Shown: positions 12,628 to 26,286 of the stretch, piece after piece
How positions within the stretch are numbered: the first letter of the stretch is position 1
Layout: the number at the start of each line of letters is the position of its first letter
DNA from: Eledone cirrhosa
Lineage: Eukaryota
Direction: 5' to 3'
Assembly (NCBI GenBank): GCA_964016885.1
Contig: OZ024745.1
Span: forward strand, 133,672,001 to 133,736,000
Length of the DNA stretch: 64,000 bases
The notes under the pieces: model-generated
Told to the model about the DNA's origin: nothing
Databases searched by the model: none
What the model saw: the letters and a program-made list of their open reading frames with translations, nothing else
Position numbers and translations under genes: made by a program

Positions 12628-13534
12628 ACATAACATATATATATATATATATACACATAATATATATAACCTGTATACTGCATTTACACTATTTATGGTA
12701 AAACACATTTGAAATAAATATATTTCTATAATGTTGCTACACACTTTTAGTTAATTAATTAAATTAATTTAGATTGAGTTGTTAATTTTTCAGGATCTTG
12801 TGAGATATTTTTAGCTTCCTTCTTCATTTTTAAGTATTTCTCCTCGTATGATGTGTCCCTGCCAAAATGACCAAATTGAGGGGTAGACAGATAGGAGCGG
12901 GCGGGATAGGAAAGGTGTAGAGACAACTATTTGTTCTCTTCTTCCCCTTCTTCCTCTACCCATCACTTTGAGCAGTCACTACATTCATCCTTTCTCTCTC
13001 TCCCCCATTTCTTTCTATCTTCATCTTGCTGCCTTTCACTTTCTCTCTTCCCTTTCCACCCATCACATTTTTTAAGTGACTTACCACTCCTACCACTTCC
13101 AATTATCCTTTCCAGTCCTATTTGTCCCGCTCCTGTCTATCTGTCTACTCCTCGATGTGTTCACATTGGCAATCACACATCATACGAGCAGAAATACTTA
13201 ATTTCTGTTGCACGAGCCGTCCATTATGTGTGGTACGTTGAGGTTAACTTGCGTGAAAGAGTATGCCGGTGCCAGAGCTGATGACACAATATGATGTTGT
13301 GTGATATTTGTCTCGTTCATTTCCATTCTTTCATTCCACCCCCCTCCCTTCTCTTCTCCACCACTTCTCTGAACCAACGCATTTCTAGCCGTTGATTCCT
13401 GTCCTTTGAGGTAAGTTTTTACCCAACGTCATCATCCATTATATTTTACTGTTTTGGCAGTTTTCTTTGCGTTGAGTCTCTCATTATTCTATGAATTCTA
13501 ATACGCTTCAACTCGATTTTCGAGACAACACTTT

Positions 13535-13569
<35 letters not shown>

Positions 13570-13722
13570 ATAAAAGGAAAAATCAGTGATGCATCTGAAC
13601 TCAAATTTATTGTGTGTTACAATTGTTTCGCCGGCGGACAGCTCGACACACGATCATTGTGTGGATCTGTCTGATTCTGGAGGATCTGAAGGTTCGACGG
13701 ACACGTCTAATGATTTCGGAGC
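13570..13722 (-). mobile_element. Short (TA)n-flanked element with degenerate hammerhead (family shared with 55710-55855)
   Basis: aatcagtgatg...tttattg and acgtcta(a/g)tgatttcg shared with 55710 copy; minus strand gtgt ccgtcga ... GAAAcaattGTA acac. Confidence 0.6.
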
Positions 13723-14967
13723 AATATATATATATATATTCTATGCGTATGTGTGTGTGTGTGTTTATACCTGTGTCACATCCATAACAACGTATCTTAC
13801 TTCTGCTCTGCGAAAACATGCAGTGGTTTAGAAAGCTATAGACATATTTGTTTGTATTACTGGTGCCTGATCAATATCTTTGTGTGCAAAAGTATATCTT
13901 GGTAAAACAATCGTATGTAGATAAGCATACTAAGCATATTTCATCCTTTTAGGTGTTCCAAGTAAAAGTTCCAACACATTCAAACCACACTGCCTTCACT
14001 TATAATCATATATACATGCACAAACACATGCGCATATATGATCCTCATATCTAAATGGTAATATATAACAGTTGTATTCGTCATATATATATATATATAT
14101 TAATTTTGATTTTCCTTGCTCAGACAAGTATTTGACCTCTGTCTAATCATACAGGTTTCCTGGTTTAACCCTTTTTGGTTTCCTATTAAATAATATAGAA
14201 CCCAATTGATTGCAAGTTTTTTATGAGGTAGATAATTCTAAATTTGCATATAAAATTGATATCTAATCTATTAAAACTTATGGTATTTGCAGGTTTTCTA
14301 TCATAGATTTTCTCTGCACCGTACAACTTGAAGATGGCTCTGTATTTATGCATATGGTTGTAAAAAAGAGAGAAACATGCATGTAGACATTATTGTATAT
14401 ATTCAATGAGATTGTGTCTGTCGCTGTTTGTCGATATTTAACCTGTCCTCTGTCAGAGCCGATGCAGCAATTGAATTTATATGTCCTGACCGATGAAAAA
14501 AATACTAATGTCCAATTTTGTTATAAAGACTCTTCGACGTACTGATATTACTAACTATTGTATTTTGAAAATACAGAAAATATAGGAAATATACAACTCG
14601 GTCTAGTACTGACTAGACTAAAACTTTGAAGGGTTTCTTTTACGAAAGCTAATCAATACATGCTGCAAATTGATTTATTGACTTCCGATTGCCTCCATAA
14701 GAGATATATGTAAACCCGAAGAATGTATCGATAATTTTCCCATATGTTTATTATTTTCCTCTTCGATCTACGTATACGATATCGATAACGATGGAATAGT
14801 CCGAATCTACGTTTAAAAGACTGCCATACTACCCACTCTTTACCGATCAGAATGAACCACCAATCAAATATACGTCTGCGACAAATTAATATTTATTCTA
14901 ATACTATGTCTTAACTCTACTTTAGAATATTGAGTATTCTGTCTCTATAGCATTACTATTATATAAA

Positions 14968-15155
14968 GGGGCGGTGGATTGGAAGTATCGGTGGAGGGTA
15001 GGACTCCATGCTTCGACGCATAGAGTTACGGCCCTTGTTATTCTGAGTTCATATCCCGCTGATGTTAACTTTGCCTTTCATCCTTACGGGTTCGATAAAA
15101 TAAAGTACCAGTAATGCACTGGGTTATTGCTGGCTTTGTGCCAAAAGAAATAATT
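14968..15155 (+). mobile_element. tRNA-derived SINE
   Basis: gggcggtggattggaagtatcgg ... gagttcatatccc ... tgtgccaaaagaaataatt. Confidence 0.88.
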
Positions 15156-15932
15156 AATATTATATATATAATTCGTTTTTGAATTTGCTTTGCAAGATTT
15201 CTTATCTGAAAATGTGTGTTGAAACAGATATTGTTATACTTTGAAAGAGTCATGTTGCCAATAAAAACATACGCGGTTGGTTTTCACTTCAATTTATTAT
15301 AGATATCCAGTTGGTTGGTGGGTTGGTTGGTGTAGGAAAGAACAAAGGAGCGCCACAAAATATAAATCCAGTCACTGAGCTCTCAGAATGTGACCTTCTC
15401 AGTGACTATATATATATATATATAACGTTAGACAGGTTTGTGTCATTGCATAATTAAATGTATAGTTCTAAGGACATTTCAACGAATCCTGTGGGTTGAA
15501 GTTATGTAATTATATCATAAACTTCAGTGGGTTACAGACAGAGTATTTTGCATTGAAGCAGAGAGTACATAAGGCAGATGCTACACGAAGATTATGTAGC
15601 TGTTGACGTTGTTCAAAGAGAAACACACGTCCACACACTGAAATAAAGACTATACCACTATATATATATATATATATATACATGTATATACAGGAAGAGG
15701 GGGCGGATAGAGAGAGAGAGAGACAATATAGTAGTGATCAGATTTCGTTAGGGGAAATCGATGAATATTTCAACATGCAATGGTTTTTGATTCGACAAAT
15801 GAATGGTTTATTCTAGTGTTTCCGTGGTGATTAATCATGGGTACGTTGAAGGTAATTCCAGGAGTGTTTAGATATAATATAATACGTAACATGAATATGA
15901 CAACATCTCAGTTAGAGGATCAACATTTATTA

Positions 15933-16062
15933 TATTATTGGCACGCGTTTCGCCAACCGGCAAGTGAAGAAGTTCTAGAAATGCTGGTCCGATAGGATTT
16001 TTCGGGGAATCCAATTTCCACTATTTTGTATCACAGTGGTTAATCAGCTCCTCAGAAAAAAA
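15933..16062 (-). ncRNA. Degenerate hammerhead with long stem II
   Basis: Minus: CTGAGGA gctga ... ttggc GAAAcgcgtGCC (GUC decayed to GCC); palindromic acgcgt; stem I weak. Confidence 0.45.
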
Positions 16063-16527
16063 ACAATGCTTACATTTACGTAGAGCTACAATAATACATA
16101 TATAGATAGATTGAATGGTGTCTTCATGTAGGAGGAAGGTTTACATATGTATGTATGTAGGCATGTATGTATATATGTATGTGTTTCTCTACATGTTGAT
16201 ATCAATACTTTAAAATAGAATGTTGCATAAGATATCGCGTAAGAGGCTAAGTCATATATGAAAGACACAACATTTTTAGATTCTGCAAATATATTTCATA
16301 AATGAATGTTTTAATATGATACGAAGCTTAATTTCATGATCACACCAGGTACCGCGTTTCATGTTTTAAGTTCAGTATTTATGTAATATGTAATATGCAT
16401 TACAGTTTAGATGAACTGAAGTATTCTCAACATACATTAGCGCCCACATAAACAGTGATATATATGTATATGTGCGCGCCGCTGCGTGTGAGAGAGAAAA
16501 AATAACTTTGGTCTGACGTTCTGTTTC

Positions 16528-16575
<48 letters not shown>

Positions 16576-16583
16576 CGAATATA

Positions 16584-17318
16584 TACTAGGCGAATTACCC
16601 GTGCCTTGCTGCGATTCACACATTTCTTTCGTAAGAAAATGATGATTGATTTTAAATCTGTGATATAATTCATGGAGAAATATTACTCAATGTAAAATGT
16701 AATGCATGAAAAATTGGAAAACATTATTTTTTGTAATATATCAAATCAAAATTACATTATTAAATCTTATTCTTATTTTGTTTCTTGTAAATAATTTTTT
16801 ATAAAATATCAATTCAAATCTTTTGTGAATAGGCATTATATCTTGTCATTTATCTATAATTTAAATTTCATATCGAAGGGAAAACATTTTCAGCGGGGTT
16901 TTGTGCCTCGTGTGTTTAACCCCATTAGGGGGTCTTAATATTATTGAAATTTGCTGAAATGTTTTGAATAGGCATCAGATCTTGTCATTTACCTATAATT
17001 TAAATTTCATATAAATTTAAGAGAAAAAATTTTCAGCGGGGTTTTGTGCTCCCGGAAACCCTTTCATTAAAATGAAATATACTTATCCAAGCACCCTGGG
17101 CAATGTAGTATCAAAATATATGTGGTTATGGGGGTCTATCTCCAAAACCATAGGAGGGGTTCGTGAAATCTTGTTCCATTTATTGGCCAAAATTTTCACT
17201 ATTCAACTACGGGAGAAAAACAAAAAAACAAGAGGACCTTTAAGATTTGTTTTTGTTTTATTTTGTTTTGTTTTTTGTTTTGTTTTGACTGTCTGCCCAT
17301 ATATAAACTCCGCTAGAT

Positions 17319-17325
<7 letters not shown>
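16584..17325 (+). mobile_element. Probable non-autonomous Helentron/HINE-like element
   Basis: Starts tACTAGgcgaattaCCCGtgccttgc, ends ...agattattatatat; internal ~90-bp duplication (16821-16908 vs 16962-17049); similarity to this element class is from memory. Confidence 0.45.
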
Positions 17326-17354
<29 letters not shown>

Positions 17355-17359
<5 letters not shown>

Positions 17360-17967
17360 TTAGAACCCTGTAACCATTAAGCTCTAAGTATAAAGTACAA
17401 ATAAATACTGAGCCGATTAACAATATATAGTAAGAAACACAGTAAATCGTGTGTCTAAAATTACAAGGGTTGAAAAACCACATATGCTTGAAATATTTAA
17501 CCAAGAAACAGACAGAATGACGAAATGAAAATAAAAATATATTATCAAATAATACAAACCGCCTCAATAACCATTATATCTCTCGGACAGATTATCCCTA
17601 ATCTGTTTCGCCCTGAGTGTGTTTGTAACAGATAATCCTGGGCTTCATCAGCGAGAGATTGCGATTAAATGCCACAAACACTATATGCCAACGTTCACAC
17701 AGAAAGATGAATTCATCACCTCGTGCTTCGCCAGCCAAACGTGGTAAGCGCGTGTTGAACAGAAATAACAGTCAAACACGCACAACTTAATAGCTCATCC
17801 TGTAAGAGAGCCGAAATATATATATATGAATTAGAACCCTGTAACCATTAAGCTCTAAGTATAAAGTACAAATAAATACTGAGCCGATTAACAATATATA
17901 GTATTTCAAGCATATGTGGTTTTTCAACCCTTGTAATTTTAGACACACGGTTTACTGTGTTTCTTAC

Positions 17968-17975
<8 letters not shown>
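17355..17975 (-). mobile_element. Non-coding Penelope-like pseudo-LTR unit (~470 bp) with direct overlap and inverted end
   Basis: 17355-17431 repeats directly at 17825-17903; 17902-17974 is the reverse complement of 17422-17494; (TA)n on both sides; carries a hammerhead. Confidence 0.82.
17578..17659 (-). ncRNA. Canonical type I hammerhead ribozyme
   Basis: Minus: atctctcg CTGATGA a-gccc...gggc GAAA cagatta-ggga-taatctg TC cgagagat; perfect 8-bp stem I, 8-bp stem III, GUC triplet. Confidence 0.93.
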
Positions 17976-18011
<36 letters not shown>

Positions 18012-18041
18012 AGATCAAAAGATGGTTAAAAGAGTTCCATG

Positions 18042-18112
18042 TATTTTATTATGCGCATTTCAAAAACAAATATCATCATGGGAAGATATTTGCGTTCTCA
18101 TCAGATAAAATA
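18042..18112 (-). ncRNA. Minimal hammerhead in the PLE 3' region
   Basis: tattttat CTGATGA gaac-gcaaatatc...gatatttgt-tttt GAAA tgcgca TA ataaaata; palindromic stem III. Confidence 0.88.
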
Positions 18113-18929
18113 GGGAGGCATGATATGAAGCTTAAAAGACATTTGCGAGCAGTGAAGTGTTAAATATACATATGAAAAATAAAATAAGAAGGATATATGA
18201 GAGAGAGCTAGCTTTTTAATACTGAGAAACACTGTCTCACAGAGAGAAATTAAAAAAACCGTTGTAAGATAATACATCATTTTTTTTAAATTTTGAAATT
18301 AAAAGTTAATGAGGTTTATGAATGGTGATGTTTATGATTAAAGAAAAAGGAATTAAAAATAGTATTTATTTAAGGTTTATATATTGAAAGGTTTAATAAT
18401 ATGTGCGAAAAGGAATTTATTAATATGTATTATTAAAATAAAAATATTAAGGATATAAGGTGAATGAAGAGGCGATTAAATGAATTATGAACTTAGAGGA
18501 ATTAGTTAGGGTCTAAGTTTGTTTCCATGTATTGTAATATGACAAAGTAAATAATAGGTTTAATACGAGCACGGAAGGAGAGAGGAAAGAAGAAAATTTA
18601 AGGAAGAAAAATATATAACGTCAAAAAATATGTATATGTTTACAATATTTACTAATGGTAATATTAGTATATATTAAAAATAGAATTTGTATGGCCAAGA
18701 ATATAAGGAAAATGCTATAGTGAGTAATAATATGAATTAAGAAGTAATTGAGAAGTAAAAGTTACAGATTAAAGATTAGAAATTAAAAAAAAAAAAGAAA
18801 AAAGGAAAAATGAGTAAATTGTATAATATAATATACTGAAATAAGGTAGAAAGATGGGTATATTTGTAAAAGATATAAAAGCGTTTCAGAAAAGAAGATT
18901 TTAAACTAATTAGGTAGTGAAATATTAGC

Positions 18930-20429
18930 TTATACTTTATGGAAAGTTCTATAGGATTTATGCAAGCAGTGCGAAAATAAATCCGTACGTCTATTCATTA
19001 TAGAATTAAAATTAGAGATAATGGTAAATTTCTCGGCTAGGCAGAGATTACATGTTCTGGATAGGGAAGAATTCCGGTAAGGAAAGGCATTGCAAACCTT
19101 CCTCCAAGAAATGTTGTAGTTAATATTTTTGTCTTTTAAGGACCATATGAGTTCTGAGAGTGCCGTGTTAGTTCTTTTAAGTTGGTATTTAAAAGACGAA
19201 TTGTGATTATAAAATCTTGCTTTAAAGGAAGTGGAAGTGGAACCAAAATAGGTAAAAGAATTAGTACCAGTTATAACCTTACATTCATACACTACATTTT
19301 TATCAAGACATTGGTTATTGAGAGGACATTTAGTTCTAACAGGGAAATTACATTTACGATTAGAGAAATTACCAGAGTTATTAACAAGTGACCTAGTATT
19401 ATTTATAGAAGGAATTGGATTGGAGAAGTTATTTACGATAGGTACTAAAGTTTCCTGATTTAGATTGGTGTTCTGAACATTCGACAAAGTTACGTTTGAC
19501 GTCGTATTTAAATTTACTGAATCTAGCCTAGAGTTAACATTGACGTCGGGTTTATTATTGCTATTATTATGACACTCAGTGTTGGATGGATATAATTTAT
19601 TATTCAATATTTTATTATTATGTTTAGAGATAATGTTAGAGATGTTGGAAGTGGTGCAATAAGAGAATTTGATTGTATGTTTGTTAAAGATCTTACTATA
19701 GATATTCGAGGGAGGGAAGCATTTATCTAATGCCCCCAAAAATAGTTTAGGAATATTACTAGTAATAGATAGAGAAAAAGGAGTTTTGTACCAAATCATA
19801 TTTTTGTATCTAGGTCTTTTATTTAAGTTATTGGAATGTTCATAACTAACTATTTTACTATAAGTCCTTCGATGATTGGTTTCTTTACTGTATTTAATTT
19901 TGTCAGGATAACCGGCTTTGGAAGGCGCATTATTATAATAATTGGCATTAGCGTCGAAGATAACTTTATTAGAGTATAGATTTGAGATTCTTTTTTCAAC
20001 ATTACTGACTATTGCATTTTTAACGTTAATGGGGTGGTTAGATTTAAAATTAACATAATTTAGATTCTCATTGTCTTTATGGTAAGGGTAATATAGGCCG
20101 GTGTCAAGATTAAGGGATAAATCCAGGAAGTTAGCTAGTTTGAGGTTGTTTTCAAATTGAATGTTTAGGTCATGGTGCTTAAATAGATCAAGTATATTAT
20201 TCTTAATAATATTAAGGTTAACTAAGTTACAGTTAAAGACAGTAAAAAGGGCATCGTCACGATAAATTCCACCGCGAAGTTGAACAATTTTTCGATTTAA
20301 AGAATTCAAAATAAAGATACCAATCAAGTCCGTCAATTGCGCTGATTCCAACGAACCCATTGTGATATAAAAATTGTTGGAAGTATCAGCTCTAGTCCAA
20401 TATTCGTTGTTGAATTCCAGGATAGTTTT
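18930..20429 (-). CDS. Penelope-like reverse transcriptase (C-terminal half) + GIY-YIG endonuclease, 5'-truncated
   Basis: Frame stays open upstream of the tracked Met (KTILEFNNEYWTRADTSNNFYITMGS); RT motifs TMGS, GIYRDD, FLDLSL, YVNFKSNHP; EN region CPLNNQCL..VVY..YFG..FKARFYNH..CNLCLAEK..MNRR..CLH. Confidence 0.92.
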   Translation of the reverse strand, partial: KTILEFNNEYWTRADTSNNFYITMGSLESAQLTDLIGIFILNSLNRKIVQLRGGIYRDDALFTVFNCNLVNLNIIKNNILDLFKHHDLNIQFENNLKLANFLDLSLNLDTGLYYPYHKDNENLNYVNFKSNHPINVKNAIVSNVEKRISNLYSNKVIFDANANYYNNAPSKAGYPDKIKYSKETNHRRTYSKIVSYEHSNNLNKRPRYKNMIWYKTPFSLSITSNIPKLFLGALDKCFPPSNIYSKIFNKHTIKFSYCTTSNISNIISKHNNKILNNKLYPSNTECHNNSNNKPDVNVNSRLDSVNLNTTSNVTLSNVQNTNLNQETLVPIVNNFSNPIPSINNTRSLVNNSGNFSNRKCNFPVRTKCPLNNQCLDKNVVYECKVITGTNSFTYFGSTSTSFKARFYNHNSSFKYQLKRTNTALSELIWSLKDKNINYNISWRKVCNAFPYRNSSLSRTCNLCLAEKFTIISNFNSIMNRRTDLFSHCLHKSYRTFHKV

Positions 20430-20495
<66 letters not shown>

Positions 20496-20502
20496 TTTTA
20501 CG

Positions 20503-20783
20503 ATTCTCCAGAAAGGCCGGTAGATAGGTAAATATTGCTGATGAGTTGTAACAACAACGAAACTAGTTCAATATTCCTTGTCTGGCTTTCTGGAGAATAG
20601 AGGAAAGGTGTTTCCTCAAAAACCAGTATGACTCTAAAAACCGGTTTGTCTGTGTGTTTACATACAGAATAGCTGGATACTCACAGTAAAGTAACCAGTG
20701 AAAGACTTGGTACATCTATATATGTATACGTGTGTGTATTTCAGTATACATATATGGACGTACATTTTTAACTTAATTGTTTA

Positions 20784-20790
<7 letters not shown>
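20503..20790 (+). mobile_element. Distant relative of the 5155-9844 unit, single copy in (TA)n
   Basis: Same hammerhead architecture and downstream gtatacatatatg..acgtaca motif. Confidence 0.6.
20531..20575 (+). ncRNA. Minimal type I hammerhead ribozyme
   Basis: aatattg CTGATGA gttgt-aaca-acaac GAAA ctag TT caatatt; stem I extended by attctccagaaag (20503) / ctttctggagaat (to 20598). Confidence 0.9.
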
Positions 20791-20847
<57 letters not shown>

Positions 20848-20999
20848 AAATGAAAATTCGAAGTCAAGGTAAAATTTCCAATCATTTTACATCATCTAGC
20901 TGTTCCCTTGAATGGAATTGGAGATATACTAAAGCGTGGAGAACTTAATATTGCTAACAAAAATTTATTGGACCGTTTTTCACAACCAATAATACACCT

Positions 21000-21079
<80 letters not shown>

Positions 21080-21101
21080 ATATATATATATCCATATATA
21101 C

Positions 21102-21140
<39 letters not shown>

Positions 21141-22605
21141 CATACATAAATGTGAGTGTGTATGTAGTATAGGTTCCCGAGTTACGGGGTTTATTTTGCT
21201 CGTTAATATATTTATCCTTACGTACATCATACCAATTCTTCGAATATAGGTTTATAATATTGTAGTTTCATACACAAATCATATATTTCTCCATTTCTTC
21301 TAGTTTACATAGCAAAGAAGGTAATCAGCCATCAATATATCACTTTGGGAACCACCAATGCTTTTCTTTAGAAATTTCCAGTAGTCTTTTTGTGTTATGT
21401 CATATCTGGACACTTGTTCATAGCTGAATAATTGACAGATGACTTAATAGTCTACAGACATTAAACTGTCAACTCCTGAAACACATGAAAGTAATACAGA
21501 TCTTGCCTTAAAGATAGTGCTAGGCGTCGAGTGAGCCCTTTAACATTTATGAGTGCTCGTTTCACTGGATTCACTAGATTGCAGTTCGCATTGAATCAGT
21601 TTACGATTTGACTATTTGTTAATTAAGAAAACCAATTATGTGTAAACATAGATTTATGAGAAAAATATTGTAATCATCTTCAGAATAATTAATGCTCACA
21701 CATTAGATTCAATAAAAAAAATCTGTATCATACTTCTTGTATATTATGTTTAAAGTATTATATAATCTTGATGTGCAGTTTAGTTCATTGATGTAATTAG
21801 GTGTGATTAGATAAAGCTACCGAATTAATTACCATTAGTTGATATTACTTCGTAAATGCCTCCGTTTATCCAATTAAGGCCGATTGAAATTTTAATTAGT
21901 TGAATAATGTCTCAATGCCAACACGGTAATTGGAATTAACCAGTTATTAATGTATAATATTAATAGCAATTCTAGTCGAACCTGGTAGACGATTTAAGCC
22001 TCTAATGAAGCAAGTCTTCGGTGCAGGGTCATTGGTTTAAACTAGTTTTGTAGTACATAATTTAAAAGATGTTTGAAGAACACACCATCCCATCTCTAAG
22101 ATATGCTGAATGTATTGCTACCTAAAGCTCTATTCATTGTTACTATAGACAATTGGCCACAAATTTGTTGGGTATAGTTCATTATATCGACCCCTACTCT
22201 TCTCTAGTTTATTTATTTTATCGACCAGGGAAGAACAGAAGGCAACATCGACATTTAATGGTTGTAACGAAATACACCAACACTTTCTTCTACCGCTCTA
22301 CTAATTCTGCATATCCTCAGATTTTCTCAAGACTAGATATTTAATTAGAAAAGAAAACGGTATATTCGGGTGAATTTCTTCTACTAAACGATTGGTATCT
22401 TTTTCATTGGAGAAATTAAATACGGTAATGATGCAAGGGAGGGGAATATTCTGACAGCCGTTGAAAATCTATATGGCTTGGCTGTAGGAATATCATAGCA
22501 TTGACCACTATTCGATAACATTGCACAAGTCATTATGTTTGATATGCTCTCCTTTGTTTGAATGCCTGGCTTATATATGGTAGACTAATAATAAGAAAAC
22601 TTAAA

Positions 22606-22702
22606 TATATAAACTTGTAAATTTGCACAGTGTAAATTTGCACATATAAACTTGTAAATTTTCACATATAAACTTGTAAATTTGCACATATAAATTTGCG
22701 CA
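22606..22702. repeat. 22-bp minisatellite (atataaacttgtaaatttgcac)
   Basis: About 4 imperfect copies visible. Confidence 0.8.
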
Positions 22703-23691
22703 TTGTTCAAATAATACAAAACTGCCAGCTTTGTTACCCATGTGATATTTCCACAGAATATTATAATACATTCAATTCAGTAACAAATTATTCAGATACG
22801 TTTCAAATTGTCGAAGTTGTTTCCGGATAGTCTAAGTATTTAGAATATCCGTATTTGCATTATTTAGTTCAGGTCATCCCAAAATAACATCCTGGTATTT
22901 AGGTTAATATCGGTTATCACTACAGCCAAAGTCCATTTGAAAAATGACATGAATTTTCGTCTGTGTCCAAATATCACATACATAGAACATGTATTTAACT
23001 TTCTAATAACTAAGGACATGTTTTTATGCTGCCAAAGCTATTTTACTTTTATTGTTTCAATATTTCATGGATTTTACATCAATCTCCGGTTGTATTTTCC
23101 GAGTTGTTTTTGCAAGAACAATATACCCTTGGTGATACCTATGGGATATTGAAAGATGTATGAATTGAGGTAGCTTCTTACTGCTTGTCTTATTCGCGAT
23201 TATCGTAGATTTCTGTCTAATATATACATCCTTTGTCGACTTTTCATTAAAATACTTTTTTATGGTATAGGACTAGATGACCATTACACTTGACTAAAAG
23301 GCATTTCAAAATGTTTTAATTGATCGAACTTGAAGTTCTTATTTAACCTCAAATCAATACTGATTGATGATACATATAAAAGAAACGATATCTAGCCAGA
23401 ATCATACAGTCGTTCTAAAGATATCTAGGTACATTATCAAATGTCTCCTTCTATTCAAAATGAGTGCGGAGATTAGGCTGATATTTCTCGTAAACTCGAA
23501 CTACACAGTGTCCCATAATGGTTAGTATCATTAGGATTCTTTTCCTTTATCTTGTAGAAGCTAAACTCTTCTTTTTCAGCGATTTCAAACCAGCGAGAAC
23601 GACATTGTCGTTGACATCGTTTATTTCTGGCTTAATTTGTTTATTGATGGACTAATTCACATAAACAAGGAAACTGGAACGTTTTAATTAT

Positions 23692-23881
23692 AATTGTTTC
23701 TACTTTTGGCACAAGGCCAACAATTATCCCAGTGTATTACTGGTACTTTATTTTATCGACCCCGTAAGGATGAAAGGCAAAGTTAACCTCGGCGAGATTT
23801 GAAATCAGAATGGCAAGGGCCGGAACTCTATGTGTCAAAGCATGGTGTCCGACCCTCTACCGATACTGCCAATCCAAAGCC
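23692..23881 (-). mobile_element. tRNA-derived SINE
   Basis: Consensus match; imperfect TSD aac(g/c)ttttaatta. Confidence 0.88.
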
Positions 23882-25338
23882 AACCTTTTAATTAAAATGC
23901 CGCATATTGTGACATCTGAAACTTATTTCAGTTGATAGTTTTGAAGATGGATCAAATGTGCTAATTACTTGGTCAACACTAAATCTGTGGCGATGACAAC
24001 CAATTACAATGACACATCCCAATGAGCTGCAGCTAGTTACAACAGAAGTGTATAAACCATTACTCTAAGTAATGGCGCCTATATGGAATTCGCAGACCAA
24101 TAACGAACCAGCATTATCTTCAAATCAAATCGCACCGTCTTAATGAAAACATTATATATTGGTTAATATAGTTCAAGCCACGCTCCCTCCCAAAAATAAA
24201 GACAAGATGGTCAAACAGCGGTATTAACAACAGTAACAATCATCAATCCATTTTACTGACACAAAATTTTAATCGCCATATTCAGGAGGACATGTAATGT
24301 GTATTATATTTTCTTTGGGAAAACCGTTTCTACCTTTTATCAAATGCAGTACTTGTATTCATTTGAATTATCGAATTCGTTTTTTCTTTTGTATTTAATG
24401 GGACTTCTTTTTAGCATTAAACGTGTTTAAGTTCATGACGGATTTTCATTGTCCAAACTTTTGACTCTTGCAGTATAGATTTGTGCATGTCTGTATACGT
24501 GTATGTGTTAACCCTTGTCTGCTTTTGTATGGAATGAGTGAGCATGATTTGATTACACGCGAAAGCGGCAGCTAAAGAAACGATGTGATGGAACGAGAAT
24601 GAATGGAATAGGACAGAGAAAAGTTAATGAAGCCGAAAATATCTAAAAAAAAACTAACTATTCTTTTATCACTGTTTTTAAAATCAATGAATCCATAACG
24701 TGATAGAAAATATGTGGAAGGACAGAAAACAACACGCATGAATACCATGCTAACAACAGTCTCTTTATTCATGAACAGGCAAAAGGACTTTTTAAAATTT
24801 TGGAAAATGCTTTTAGCTACATTTTGAGTAAATGAGATTTTAAGTTAACCTTTAGGGAGATTGCACATTTACAACAAATATTTTCAACTTTTAAAAAATA
24901 TATCTTACAACATATCTGATTTGTTAACAAATACTAAAGAAATCTTTATGCAAGAGAAATTTGTATCTTCTCTAATCTGCATAAATGTAGGAGATGTTTA
25001 GGGATGAAGATTCAGATCGATATGTGGAAAATAGATAGAAATATAGATGATCTCTGAGGTAGGGATTATGGAGTCTTAGTTCTAGTATAGTTATGATTGG
25101 CTTTGTTCTTATGAATGTATTATTTACGAGTTTGGAATTCGATTGTCTTATACACGAGGTGTCTTGTTTCTTATTGGCTTGGTGGGCTCAGTGTATTATT
25201 TAAGTATAGAATATTCTATAATACCATAATATTTGTTTTAGGTATATCTACGATCCGGTTTCTGTATTTGACGGTTCTATTTGCTTATTTGCATATATAA
25301 ATAGATAATAGATTGGGTTTTGTTGGATATTATATAAA

Positions 25339-25504
25339 TAATTGTTTCTACTTTTGGCACAAGGCCAGCAATTACCCAGTGCATTACTGGTACTTTATTT
25401 TATCGACCCCGTAAGAATGAAAGGCAAAGTTAACCTCGACGGGATTTGAACTAAGAATGGAAATGGGCTGTAACTCTCTGCGTCAAAGCTTGGCGCCCGA
25501 CCCT
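25339..25504 (-). mobile_element. 5'-truncated SINE
   Basis: Consensus match lacking the A-box end. Confidence 0.85.
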
Positions 25505-26286
25505 TGCATATATAGAGCGAGATAAATATAGATCGATGGATACGGAGAATTTGAAGAAGGAATATACAGACACCAGAGAACAATAAATATTGAGAGAAGA
25601 GCTGGTAGAGCTGTATTTTTTAGTTTTTTGGAATATGAAATATTTGATCAAACATACTTGTCCTTGTCCTCTTTCTATCTTTTCTATATCTCATCTGCCT
25701 GTCACCCACCTCGTGGAGTGTCTCTTTGTTGGCTACTGGTCACTGGTCTCTGCCCTCTCTGGCATGTTTGCCCATCGCTGTCATTCAGAACATTTCGCTG
25801 TTTTAGCGATGAGTCTACAGCTTTATAATTATTAAAACAAGTTATATAATTTCTGGCTCTTTTAGTTTGAGAACACTATCCGTTCGAGTTTCTCAGTAAC
25901 TTTTCCGTATATATTCAGTATATTTATACGATTGTCAAACTCTTTATCACTTGTAAATTGTAACAGAATAAATTGAACAATAAACAATTTACAGGGGTGC
26001 ATTTCATTAATATATATTTCATCATACGAATACAAATGGAACTCATATTTGCCGGAAGTTATGTCTGCGTAGAACAAAACATTTGAAATATTCATATACA
26101 CATCTAATAAAATATAAAATATAAAAACATAGATTTTGAAACTGAAAACATTTTCTCCACTCAATATATAGAATATAGAATTATGATAAGCAAGAAAACA
26201 ATGCAAATGTTTTGTATACATACACACACACATTTCTCCTCTCAAACAGACCAACAAGCATATATATATGTGTGTGTGTGTGTGTG

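Larger units (their letters stand above)
18010..20431 (-). mobile_element. 5'-truncated Penelope-like retroelement (Naiad-type) inserted in (TA)n
   Basis: RT-GIY-YIG ORF, AT-rich 3' region with hammerhead, (TA)n on both flanks. Confidence 0.88.

Noticed and set aside
19182-19391. Plus-strand ORFs overlapping the PLE ORFs (also 50050-50244, 50461-50784)
   Set aside because: Antisense shadows of the real minus-strand coding frames
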